NCBI GenBank assembly: GCA_001818435.1
Contig: MHKO01000059.1
Span: 5,217-40,815 of the forward strand
Reading direction: 5' to 3'
From: Candidatus Komeilibacteria bacterium RIFCSPLOWO2_02_FULL_48_11
GTDB taxonomy: Bacteria; Patescibacteriota; Patescibacteriia; UBA2169
Length of the DNA: 35,599 bases
Shown: positions 7,650 to 15,115 of the stretch, piece by piece
Position numbering within the stretch: position 1 is the stretch's first letter
Layout: every line of letters begins with the position of its first letter
The notes under the pieces: generated by a model
The model's database searches: none
Told to the model about the DNA's origin: nothing
The model's input: only the letters and a program-made list of their open reading frames with translations
Translations under genes and position numbers: made by a program

Positions 7650-8957
7650 TTATTTATTCTTGAAAAACTCCTCAAAACAGGAAACAACGCAGTCTCTTTC
7701 TTTGTCGCCGATGCCGGCATGAATGCCTATGAAAAATCCATTCTTATGTATTAACTTGGTATTTTTCAGATCGCCGACAATTCGATGTTCGAATAAACTA
7801 AATACCGGATGTCGAGTAAAGTCCCCGCTCATCACCGGCCTCGTTTCTATCCCATTTTTTTCCAAAAATGAAGTAACGTCTTTAACCGTGAATTTAACGT
7901 TCTCTTTCAACATTAACGGGTAAAAGAACCACGAACATTTAACTCGATTATCATCATTTACCGGTAAAATTAAATATTCCGAAAATTTGGCCAACCGCGA
8001 ATTTAGGTCCATGGCGTTATTAATCCTGGTGTTTAAATAATCGCCGAATTTCCTGAATTGCATGATGCCAAAAGCCCCTTCCATCTCCGTCGGCCTAAAG
8101 TTGTAGCCAACATTAGTAAATAAAAACAAAGGGTCTATATCCGGGTACTTGGAATTAAAATTGTCTTTGTACGCCTGACTTTTAACGTTCCTCATTATGC
8201 CCTGGGATCTGATTATTCTGGCTAATTCCGCAAACTCGTCATTGTTGGTCATGAGCATGCCACCCTCAATTGTGGTAATGTGATGGCTCAAATAAAAGCT
8301 ATGCGTGGACATGTCGCCGAAACTTCCCACTTTTTTCCCGTTCCACTCCGCCCCGGGGGATTCGCAGGTATCTTCAATAACGAATAAATTATGTTCCCGG
8401 GCGATGGCCATAATACTATCCATATCAACAGGAAACCCAACCAGATGGATAACCATGATGGCCTTTGTTTTGGGCGAAATAGCCAAGCGCACCTGGTCAA
8501 TGTTCATACCGTAATTTTTTAAATCAACGTCCACAAAAACCGGCCGCAAACCCAAAGCGTAAAGCGGCGCGATAGACGTATTCCAGTTCACGGCCGGAAC
8601 AATAACCTCGTCCCCCGGCAATAATCTATTTTTGATTGTCGGATTGGTTAAAACAAAAAAAGCCGCTAAATCAGCGCTGCTCCCCGAATTCATCATTATC
8701 CCGTTCTTGACGCCGATAAAACCGGAAAATTGCTCCTCGAATTTCTCGATCTTCAAATCACTGGAGGCGGAGTTAAGCGTAAGCCTTTCCGGGCTTAATA
8801 ATGTTTCCACAACTTCGGCTACCTCATCTTCATTATAAAGCCTCGACGTCAGAGGAACTTTATATTTGGAGCTTGCGGCCTCGAGCTTATCCTGCTCGTC
8901 AAAATAGCCTTTAATGATCTCTTTCACTTCAGCCACAACAAATTCTTTATTCGGCAT
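7650..8957 (-). CDS. RfbH(E1)/ColD-like PMP/PLP-dependent sugar 3-dehydratase of the DegT/DnrJ/EryC1 fold, lacking the Schiff-base lysine
   Basis: 435 aa. Motifs NSGSSADL, GDEVIVPAVNW and IEDTCES. The active-site stretch reads SFYLSHHITTIEGG (His-His where aminotransferases carry Lys). There are no Cys residues between EGG and GYNFRPTEM. Confidence 0.75.
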   Translation of the reverse strand: MPNKEFVVAEVKEIIKGYFDEQDKLEAASSKYKVPLTSRLYNEDEVAEVVETLLSPERLTLNSASSDLKIEKFEEQFSGFIGVKNGIMMNSGSSADLAAFFVLTNPTIKNRLLPGDEVIVPAVNWNTSIAPLYALGLRPVFVDVDLKNYGMNIDQVRLAISPKTKAIMVIHLVGFPVDMDSIMAIAREHNLFVIEDTCESPGAEWNGKKVGSFGDMSTHSFYLSHHITTIEGGMLMTNNDEFAELARIIRSQGIMRNVKSQAYKDNFNSKYPDIDPLFLFTNVGYNFRPTEMEGAFGIMQFRKFGDYLNTRINNAMDLNSRLAKFSEYLILPVNDDNRVKCSWFFYPLMLKENVKFTVKDVTSFLEKNGIETRPVMSGDFTRHPVFSLFEHRIVGDLKNTKLIHKNGFFIGIHAGIGDKERDCVVSCFEEFFKNK

Positions 8958-8967
8958 AATAAATCCT

Positions 8968-9933
8968 TTAGAAATTAATATTATTACGTAAAATATTTGC
9001 AGGATCTTCCCTTGCTATTTCTAAGAGGCTGGGGTTAATCTTCTTCCCAATGGGTGGAACCATATTTGATCGAAAGCCACATACTATGCCAAGTTGTGAT
9101 AAAACCTTTAGGGTGAGTGTATTGTATGAATTAATAGGGTGAGACATCGCCGTAATCTCTTTATTACAAATTCTTTTAACATGATTGTAATTTCTCGCAT
9201 ACTCATTCAATTGCTCTTGATAAGGCAACGCGGAAAGTTGCCAGGGGTGATCATACGAATGCAAACCAATACAATGCCCCTTCTCGCTTAGGATCTTCAA
9301 CTCCTGGTTTGATAGCCATAAATTTTTCGCTATCTCTTGAAGAATTACTCCTCTATCTTCTATAATTTTATCTATTATATTTTCGAATTCTTCTTTAGAT
9401 AATAGTTCGTTTCTCAAAAATCTAAACTTTAAATCGTTTATTGAGTAAAAGGGGCTCAATATTTGTGTTTCCTGGGCATACCTCTTAAATTTATGCCCAT
9501 TGAGTTGGTCTAATAGTGATTCTTCACATCTGCTCAAAAACAGATTAAAGAACTCATTTACGTTGCTGAAGTACTTTGTTCCAAAGTAGCTATAGATTTG
9601 AAATTTCTCCCATTTCCCTTCAAATACCGAAGAATAGACAAACCAAAAAGCTCTTATGTTGTATTTTTCCAGGATAGGGAGACATATGTCATACTGACAT
9701 TTTAATCCATCGTCAAAGGTAATACATACATTGTTTGCGTTCAACTTATTATGCTTTAATTTATACAACCATTCATCCGATGAAAGAATGTTTTCTATTC
9801 CTACATAACAAAGTATATGTTCAAATTCTTTATCAGTAATAGAACCTTGGCCCGAGGGAGAAGAAACCTCTCTATGCACACGGTGAAACATTAAGCCGTG
9901 AGGGAACTGTGTAGGATATTTCTTCGCCTCCAT
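8968..9933 (-). CDS. Polysaccharide deacetylase (CE4/NodB-homology) family protein
   Basis: Motifs ITFDDGLKCQYD and GLHSYDHP. The ORF-track start at 9963 is a TTG, so I prefer the first ATG at 9933 (MEAKKYP...). Confidence 0.7.
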   Translation of the reverse strand: MEAKKYPTQFPHGLMFHRVHREVSSPSGQGSITDKEFEHILCYVGIENILSSDEWLYKLKHNKLNANNVCITFDDGLKCQYDICLPILEKYNIRAFWFVYSSVFEGKWEKFQIYSYFGTKYFSNVNEFFNLFLSRCEESLLDQLNGHKFKRYAQETQILSPFYSINDLKFRFLRNELLSKEEFENIIDKIIEDRGVILQEIAKNLWLSNQELKILSEKGHCIGLHSYDHPWQLSALPYQEQLNEYARNYNHVKRICNKEITAMSHPINSYNTLTLKVLSQLGIVCGFRSNMVPPIGKKINPSLLEIAREDPANILRNNINF

Positions 9934-9966
9934 ATATATCAAAAGTTTAAGTTTAATTAACAAAAT

Positions 9967-11193
9967 TTATACACCAGCACTTTTTTTATAGGCAATATAG
10001 TCGACATGCCTCACGCCGTTGGCTCCGCGGAATAGATGTTTTGCCTTTTTGATACAGGTGTGTACTTTCTCTATATCTCCACCTTCTGTGGCGTCCAAAA
10101 TCTCTTTCACTTCCTGCACAAACTCGTTCGTTCGTTTGGCCACATATGCAGTCAAATCTAATTTTTCCAAAGCCCTTAGGTAGTTGTCGGCTTTCTCTTT
10201 CACAACCGCGCCTTCAATAACGGAATCCATGCGACAATCGGACATATAATCAACCAGAGAAAACAATCTGTCCGCGATCTCTGATAATGGTTTTAATATC
10301 TTCGGGACATCGATAACATCGTCGTCTTTGTGCATCAACCAGATAGCCTCCGTGAACACTCCAATATCCTTGAAGGATTGCGGTTGAAACTTTGGTTTGT
10401 TATTAAGAGAGTCTGAAAGGACCGGAAAAAGAATAGGTGGCCAGGACGAATAAAAAACAAGGTCGTTTTGGTCAAACCACCGCAAAACCTCTCCAACGGA
10501 AGGGTCGTTTTGCTTTTGAACGACCCAGCGGTCGAAAATAATAGCCCGCCGCGTCCGAGAAGCAAACCTCTGGCTACGGTCGATGTCTTCTTTGAACAGT
10601 CGCTCCGCTACCCCAATCATTTCGTCCCATGTTCTCGAAAATCTATAAATGATATACCGCTGTAGCATATTCTGGAATTCGCCTGCCTTGTTCGGATCCC
10701 CAAAAATCATATAGCCGCCAGGCTTAAGGAACGACGCTATCTTGGAAAACAACCCTTCCTTGTCGTTGGTATGAGACAAAACTCCGCGACAATGAACGAT
10801 GTCGTATTTTTCATCAGTTTCATAATCAAAAAGGGATGAACAGAAAAATCGGTGTTCGTTGTAGTTATTGGTGTATTTCTGAAAGACCTCCTTGGAGATC
10901 CGATGGGACTCATCGTTCATGTCGACCAACGTACAACGGGCTCCCCAATTTGCCAGATATACAGTGTTTTCCCCGGTTCCGGCTCCGCAATCAATCAAAG
11001 TACGCCCTTGAAACATGGAAGTAGGGAACTTGAGCAGATCCCGGTAGAGATAAGCCGCCTTCGCTTTCCACTCTTGATACTCTTTTTCTGATTTGTCCGA
11101 AAAGTATATCGAAGGAATTTCCTCTTTGAAAGTGGCTAGAACCGACAGTTCGACTTCTTTTATGCGTTCTCTCATGTTTTGTTCTCTATTCAT
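9967..11193 (-). CDS. Class I SAM-dependent methyltransferase with a ~200-aa C-terminal extension of unknown function
   Basis: 408 aa. Motif I LIDCGAGTGENTVYLANWG, plus DIVHCRGVLSH and LKPGGYMIF. Confidence 0.75.
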   Translation of the reverse strand: MNREQNMRERIKEVELSVLATFKEEIPSIYFSDKSEKEYQEWKAKAAYLYRDLLKFPTSMFQGRTLIDCGAGTGENTVYLANWGARCTLVDMNDESHRISKEVFQKYTNNYNEHRFFCSSLFDYETDEKYDIVHCRGVLSHTNDKEGLFSKIASFLKPGGYMIFGDPNKAGEFQNMLQRYIIYRFSRTWDEMIGVAERLFKEDIDRSQRFASRTRRAIIFDRWVVQKQNDPSVGEVLRWFDQNDLVFYSSWPPILFPVLSDSLNNKPKFQPQSFKDIGVFTEAIWLMHKDDDVIDVPKILKPLSEIADRLFSLVDYMSDCRMDSVIEGAVVKEKADNYLRALEKLDLTAYVAKRTNEFVQEVKEILDATEGGDIEKVHTCIKKAKHLFRGANGVRHVDYIAYKKSAGV

Positions 11194-11250
11194 AATTTAT
11201 ATTTTGAGTTTCTAACGATAATAATTATTAAATCTTTGATTCAATATAAC

Positions 11251-12489
11251 TCAATCAAAATAGCTTTCGAGCTTACTCTCTCTCACTGTGTCCAAGGTAG
11301 CACAATGTATTCCCCCTCCTTGGGTATAAATGTGCCGCATTCTCACTGGTATAACCGTAATCCCATGATTTTCCAGTACTTTTATCAAGTTGACTTGTCT
11401 TTGGTCTACCACTGCGGTATATGGGTCTAACGAAAGTAAGTTCATTCCTACCCAGGGAGAGGCTAGGAGTTCCATATTGGTTTCAAAACCTAATGCTTGT
11501 AATTTTTTTCCAATTGGATCCCTCACTTCTTTCTGAAATTTCATCTCATGCTCTGTAACTGCGGCCACGTCCGAAAACCATATCTTATCCCATTTGTCAA
11601 ACATTTTTGGCATGTTCTTCTCATTTACCCTGATACTATTTACCAATACGAGACCGGGCCGCAAGCACATGAATGTTGAATCAATATGGCTGGAACGATA
11701 GACTTCTTCCGTGGCATGCACCCGGTACTCATCGCCCAGGACGGCCTGCAACCACTTCGCTCCCAGGTAATTACCTGCCGAAGAAACCAAATAGAGAAGG
11801 TCTTTCCCCATTCTTAATACTGTAGCTGCTTCGAACAAAATTTCATTTTCCGTTACTTTATGCAACTTTTCTATCCTACCGTCGGTTAGCTGCTGATAGA
11901 GAATATCTTCCTCTGTCAACTTTCTTGCGTTTTCATCTCTGTAATAGGGAATAACAACATCACCCACCAATTTGGGTTTGGGTCCGCATACCCATCGAAA
12001 TCCCTCTTTCATGTATTCATACCAGATTGGATAGAGGGCCGTGGCTTCAAAATATCTACTTTTTATCATGGAAGGACTTTCTACTACCGTATTGCCAATA
12101 ACCAAATGTAAATCTCTAACATTGTAAACATTATTCCCTGTTGAAGACCAAGAATAAGGAGAAGAATACATGTTCGAAAGATCATACACTTGAGGACGAT
12201 ACACCTTGGCCCTGTATTGTTTGAGTACCTCACACAGGCCATTTAAATCCTCGTCTATCTCATCTAAGAACCACTGGGGATAGGCTTCTCTGGCTAGTTC
12301 ATAAGCCTTTTCTTTTGCTACTTCTGGAATAGGTTCTGGTTTTGTCCAAGTTAAAACCGCTTTAGTTCCCTCAGCTGTTCCGACTATAACCTCCCGAAGT
12401 TTATCCCATTCGTTATGACTGTTTATTTTCCCCGCCTTATGAGCAGTGGTTTCCATACTGGAGATAACTATTTTGTTGTTGAAATCCAT
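11251..12489 (-). CDS. Amidinotransferase (GATM/StrB1 family; arginine-dependent amidino transfer)
   Basis: N-terminal NSHNEWDKLREVIVGT. C-terminal GGGIHCATLDTVRESKLESYFD, with the active-site Cys in the H-C context seen in glycine and inosamine amidinotransferases. The track start at 12528 is a TTG, so I chose the first ATG at 12489 (MDFNNK...). An alternative ATG gives METTAHK. Confidence 0.8.
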   Translation of the reverse strand: MDFNNKIVISSMETTAHKAGKINSHNEWDKLREVIVGTAEGTKAVLTWTKPEPIPEVAKEKAYELAREAYPQWFLDEIDEDLNGLCEVLKQYRAKVYRPQVYDLSNMYSSPYSWSSTGNNVYNVRDLHLVIGNTVVESPSMIKSRYFEATALYPIWYEYMKEGFRWVCGPKPKLVGDVVIPYYRDENARKLTEEDILYQQLTDGRIEKLHKVTENEILFEAATVLRMGKDLLYLVSSAGNYLGAKWLQAVLGDEYRVHATEEVYRSSHIDSTFMCLRPGLVLVNSIRVNEKNMPKMFDKWDKIWFSDVAAVTEHEMKFQKEVRDPIGKKLQALGFETNMELLASPWVGMNLLSLDPYTAVVDQRQVNLIKVLENHGITVIPVRMRHIYTQGGGIHCATLDTVRESKLESYFD

Positions 12490-12590
12490 ATTTTTTATTA
12501 CATTTTGAGTATCTTTACCTCTGCCCAAAACTCGTAGATTTCTATAGTAACATCTTTTTATGGCTTAGCCAATGTCTTGCAGTAGTGGTA

Positions 12591-12676
12591 TTATTCACAT
12601 ACATATGACCCTTCTAGGCGTAGCCGGAGGGCCCGTAGCGCCTCGGTTTGTACGGGCTTGACCATGTTTCGGTCCC
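12591..12676 (-). promoter_or_regulatory. GC-rich, potentially pseudoknotted leader element with a 24-codon upstream ORF, in the 5' region of the amidinotransferase gene
   Basis: 12609..12676 is about 65% GC (44 of 68 by hand count), while other intergenic DNA here is strongly AT-rich. Interleaved stems: AGGCG 12616..12620 with CGCCT 12639..12643, and GCCCGTA 12631..12637 with TACGGGC 12651..12657. The minus-strand uORF at 12665..12591 reads MVKPVQTEALRALRLRLEGSYVCE and is preceded by AAGGGA. Confidence 0.25.
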
Positions 12677-12710
12677 TTAATATCAAGTCGGGGAATAATA
12701 CGGATATTCT

Positions 12711-13505
12711 TCATAAATGCACCCAATAATGAGTTGTAAATTCATTCTGATCAAGCCAGAGTTTTTTATACCCAATGGCTTGCAAAAATCTATCTATAAC
12801 CTGGGTTGAATCTCCATACCGGCTTAGAAATTTTTGGTGAACTTCCAACAACATGGCTGGTTTGTTTTTTATCAATATCTGTTTGGCTCCCAATAAGGCC
12901 CGACACTCGGCGCCTTCGATGTCAAATTTCATGAGAGTGGGCAGTTCCCGATGTTGAAAAAAATCGTCTAATTTCCAACAATCCACTTCTAAACCAGAAT
13001 CAGCAATACTGCCGCCTGGTCCGCCGGCGTGAAGATTGAACGATACCGGGCCAGTCTGGTCAGCCACAGCCGCTTTAACAACTTCTACATTCTTTACTTG
13101 ATTTAGATTGATATTAACTTTGATATGATTATAATTGATAGTATCGGGTTCAAAAATATAAACTCTCGATGCCGGGTTGGCAGCAGCTGATATCAACCCA
13201 AAAATCCCGTTATAACCACCGAGGTCCACAACTATGTTCTTATTCTCTGACTGTTTTTTCCAAATTTTTAAAAGTTGGTTTTCCTGCCGGCCTTGGCTTG
13301 ATAAGTTAGCCAAATGGTGTTGATAATAATTGCTAAAAGACAGTTTTATCTTGACTCCCTCTATACTGACTTCCCAGTACTTCTTTCCTTTTAATTTGGA
13401 ACCGAGATAACCCAAGTATTGCTTTATTTTTTTCTTATAGTATTTACCGGCCCACCGCCAATCAAGATGCCATAAGGTATGCAATTTTTTAGTTAATTTT
13501 TTCAT
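12711..13505 (-). CDS. FkbM-family SAM-dependent methyltransferase
   Basis: Motifs VVDLGGYNGIFGLISAA, VYIFEPDTINYNHIKVN and MKFDIEGAECRALLGAKQIL. The track start at 13529 is a TTG, so I prefer ATG 13505 (MKKLTKK), which is preceded by AGGG. Confidence 0.8.
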   Translation of the reverse strand: MKKLTKKLHTLWHLDWRWAGKYYKKKIKQYLGYLGSKLKGKKYWEVSIEGVKIKLSFSNYYQHHLANLSSQGRQENQLLKIWKKQSENKNIVVDLGGYNGIFGLISAAANPASRVYIFEPDTINYNHIKVNINLNQVKNVEVVKAAVADQTGPVSFNLHAGGPGGSIADSGLEVDCWKLDDFFQHRELPTLMKFDIEGAECRALLGAKQILIKNKPAMLLEVHQKFLSRYGDSTQVIDRFLQAIGYKKLWLDQNEFTTHYWVHL

Positions 13506-13571
13506 ACAACTTACCCTAATATAATACAATGACTAAAAATTGTAAATGTAAGCCTAAATGGAAAAACTTCA

Positions 13572-13600
13572 TTGACAATTGGCATAAATCACACTATTAT
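13572..13600 (+). promoter_or_regulatory. Near-consensus sigma70 promoter TTGACA-N17-TATTAT reading antisense into the 3' end of the IS110 transposase gene
   Basis: TTGACA 13572..13577, a 17-nt spacer, then TATTAT 13595..13600. There is no plus-strand gene for 1.6 kb downstream. Confidence 0.35.
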
Positions 13601-13606
13601 TGCTAT

Positions 13607-13625
13607 TGCTTATGACAAGTTATAT
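13607..13625. repeat. Candidate outer inverted repeat, transposase-distal (3') side
   Basis: TGCTTATGACAAGTTATAT compared with the reverse complement of 15096..15115 (TGCTCATCGACAAGTTGTAT). The shared core is GACAAGTT. Confidence 0.35.
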
Positions 13626-13636
13626 TGTTAATAACT

Positions 13637-13656
13637 CTTAATCGGAAATATTTCTA
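13637..13656. repeat. Inner inverted repeat copy 1 (includes the transposase stop codon)
   Basis: CTTAATCGGAAATATTTCTA. Its reverse complement matches 14859..14878 at 19/20 positions. Contains the palindrome GAAATATTTC. Confidence 0.85.
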
Positions 13657-14832
13657 TGCTAATTTAGTAGAATCAAAGGAGCAGTTGTTCTTTAAAATGT
13701 GATAAATAACTTTGGTTAGTTTGTTAGCAGCGGCCGTAACAGCGTAGCGATGCGATCGTCCCATAAACCGTCTTTTCTGGTATTGTTTTTTGAAAGTCGG
13801 TTCTACTCGACAGGTTACCATCGCTGAATACCACAGAGCGTTGCGAAGATACTTTGAACCGCGTTTGGAAATTGACGTCCTACCTTGGTAGGCGCCGGAC
13901 TCTTTCAGTTTCGGATCTAAACCGGCGAAGGCAATCAGTTTAATGGCCGAGGAAAAATTATTGATGTTTCCGATTTCAGAAATTATGGCAGCGCCGGTAC
14001 TTGGACCAATCCCAGGGATAGAAAAGATCGGTGAATTAACTTCTTGAACGAGTGTGGCAATTTTACTCTCTAAAAAATCTGTTTGTTCCTGAAACACTTT
14101 CAAACGAGCGAGCAAAATATCTAATTCGATTTTGAACGCCTCTTTGCCAAAAGAGATGCCGATTGAGTTCTTAGCTACCGCGTGCAGCAGTTCAATTTTC
14201 TTTTTACCGATTCCCCGTTTGCTCAAGCCCTTAATCACCTTTGTCAGTTTTTCCAGAGACAGTTCAGATAGTTCTTCGGGGGTTGGATAGTCGGTCAAGA
14301 GCGCCATGGCCGTTGTGCCAAAACGGTTGGAAAAGATGGCGGCAAACTCGGGGAAGATGCGATCCAGGACAGCGATGATTTTACGCTTTAAATCACCGCT
14401 ATTAGCCACCAAATCAGCTTTTAACCGAGTTAACTCGCGCAGATTCATCAGGCTGTCTATGGTGACATTGCATCGGTCAAAATCACCGAATCTGAGTAGC
14501 GAGGCAATCCGCTCCGCGTCCACATTGTCGCTCTTAGCTCCACGCAGATTCGTGTTGCGAAACGACTTGACCTGTAAAGGGTTTAAGAGAGCGATCCGAT
14601 CAGCCAAAAAACCAAGTTGCAACAAATAGTCGTACAGGTTAAGAAAGTAGTGGCCGGTCGCCTCCATGCCGATCAAAACTTCTTCCCGACTGACATCTTT
14701 CAACCGCTCCTTTAATTGTTCAAAACCGGATCGGTCATTGGTCATCTGCCAGATTGTTTTGTCTTCGCCGTCACCAGACAGGCGACAGAGTGAGTGAGAA
14801 AACTTTCCCACATCAATACCCAAGTAGAGCAT
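13654..14832 (-). CDS. IS110-family transposase/recombinase (DEDD RuvC-like N-domain plus C-terminal Ser domain)
   Basis: 392 aa with an ATG start. Motifs LGIDVGKFSH, IGMEATGHYF, AKSDNVDAERIA, IPGIGPSTGAAIISEIG and ESGAYQGRTSISKRGSKYLRNALW. Confidence 0.9.
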   Translation of the reverse strand: MLYLGIDVGKFSHSLCRLSGDGEDKTIWQMTNDRSGFEQLKERLKDVSREEVLIGMEATGHYFLNLYDYLLQLGFLADRIALLNPLQVKSFRNTNLRGAKSDNVDAERIASLLRFGDFDRCNVTIDSLMNLRELTRLKADLVANSGDLKRKIIAVLDRIFPEFAAIFSNRFGTTAMALLTDYPTPEELSELSLEKLTKVIKGLSKRGIGKKKIELLHAVAKNSIGISFGKEAFKIELDILLARLKVFQEQTDFLESKIATLVQEVNSPIFSIPGIGPSTGAAIISEIGNINNFSSAIKLIAFAGLDPKLKESGAYQGRTSISKRGSKYLRNALWYSAMVTCRVEPTFKKQYQKRRFMGRSHRYAVTAAANKLTKVIYHILKNNCSFDSTKLA

Positions 14833-14858
14833 AGGTTTAACTTCTTAAAAATTAACCG

Positions 14859-14878
14859 TAGAAATATTTCCAATTAAG
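14859..14878. repeat. Inner inverted repeat copy 2 (26 nt upstream of the transposase ATG)
   Basis: TAGAAATATTTCCAATTAAG. It lies inside an 8-bp stem, CTTCTTAA (14841..14848) with TTAAGAAG (14874..14881). Confidence 0.85.
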
Positions 14879-15098
14879 AAGTCAAACTTCTCTTCTACAC
14901 TACACCACAATCATGTATTTAGACCCGTGATATTTCTCAAAAAGAGAAACTCACATCAAGTTAAATTCGTGGTCCAGTAGTCCAGAAAAGAAGTAAATAG
15001 TCATAGCATGGTAGTGCCAAAGGCCTACATGAAAAATATGATTTTGCTTCTTCTTCTGAAGATTATTTCTACTGGTAAAGAGTGTAGCCGAGATTATA
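14879..15098 (-). ncRNA. Candidate IS110 bridge/guide RNA region (hypothetical; extent approximate)
   Basis: ORF-free and rich in hairpins: 14927..14954, 15007..15031, and 15088..15093 with 15123..15128. A TATAAT lies on the transposase strand at 15098..15093. The arm sits in the position where IS110-group elements encode their bridge RNA. Confidence 0.25.
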
Positions 15099-15115
15099 CA
15101 ACTTGTCGATGAGCA
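15096..15115. repeat. Candidate outer inverted repeat, transposase-proximal (5') side
   Basis: See 13607..13625. Confidence 0.35.

Larger units (their letters stand above)
13607..15115 (-). mobile_element. IS110-family insertion sequence. Its presence is well supported, but the boundaries are only tentative.
   Basis: Intact IS110-type recombinase ORF, with asymmetric non-coding arms. A candidate outer inverted repeat would give a ~1.5 kb element: 13607..13625 against the reverse complement of 15096..15115 (17 matches, 2 mismatches, 1 gap). Confidence 0.55.

Noticed and set aside
11236-11258. The hairpin TTGATT/AATCAA at the amidinotransferase stop, and the imperfect palindrome near 32470..32490, considered as terminators.
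   Set aside because: Their stems are 5-6 bp, AT-only or mismatched on the transcribed strand, and no U-run follows. The genes more likely continue as one operon.
4160-12489. Calling the amidinotransferase / carbamoyltransferase / SxtJ-like / GDSL set a saxitoxin-like alkaloid gene cluster.
   Set aside because: There is no SxtA-type PKS-like enzyme, and no cyclase, oxygenase or sulfotransferase set. Every neighbour is a sugar-pathway enzyme. The resemblance is limited to shared tailoring-enzyme families.
12609-12676. Assigning the GC-rich leader to a known class: a guanidine-I/II/III riboswitch, group II intron domain V, a tRNA or tmRNA fragment, or SRP RNA.
   Set aside because: I could not find the conserved cores I remember for these RNAs: ACUAGGGUUCCG/GGUCCGAGAG for ykkC, ACGR loops for mini-ykkC, the AGC triad with a GNRA loop for domain V, or a T-loop GTTCGAATC. 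The element is reported only as an unclassified candidate.
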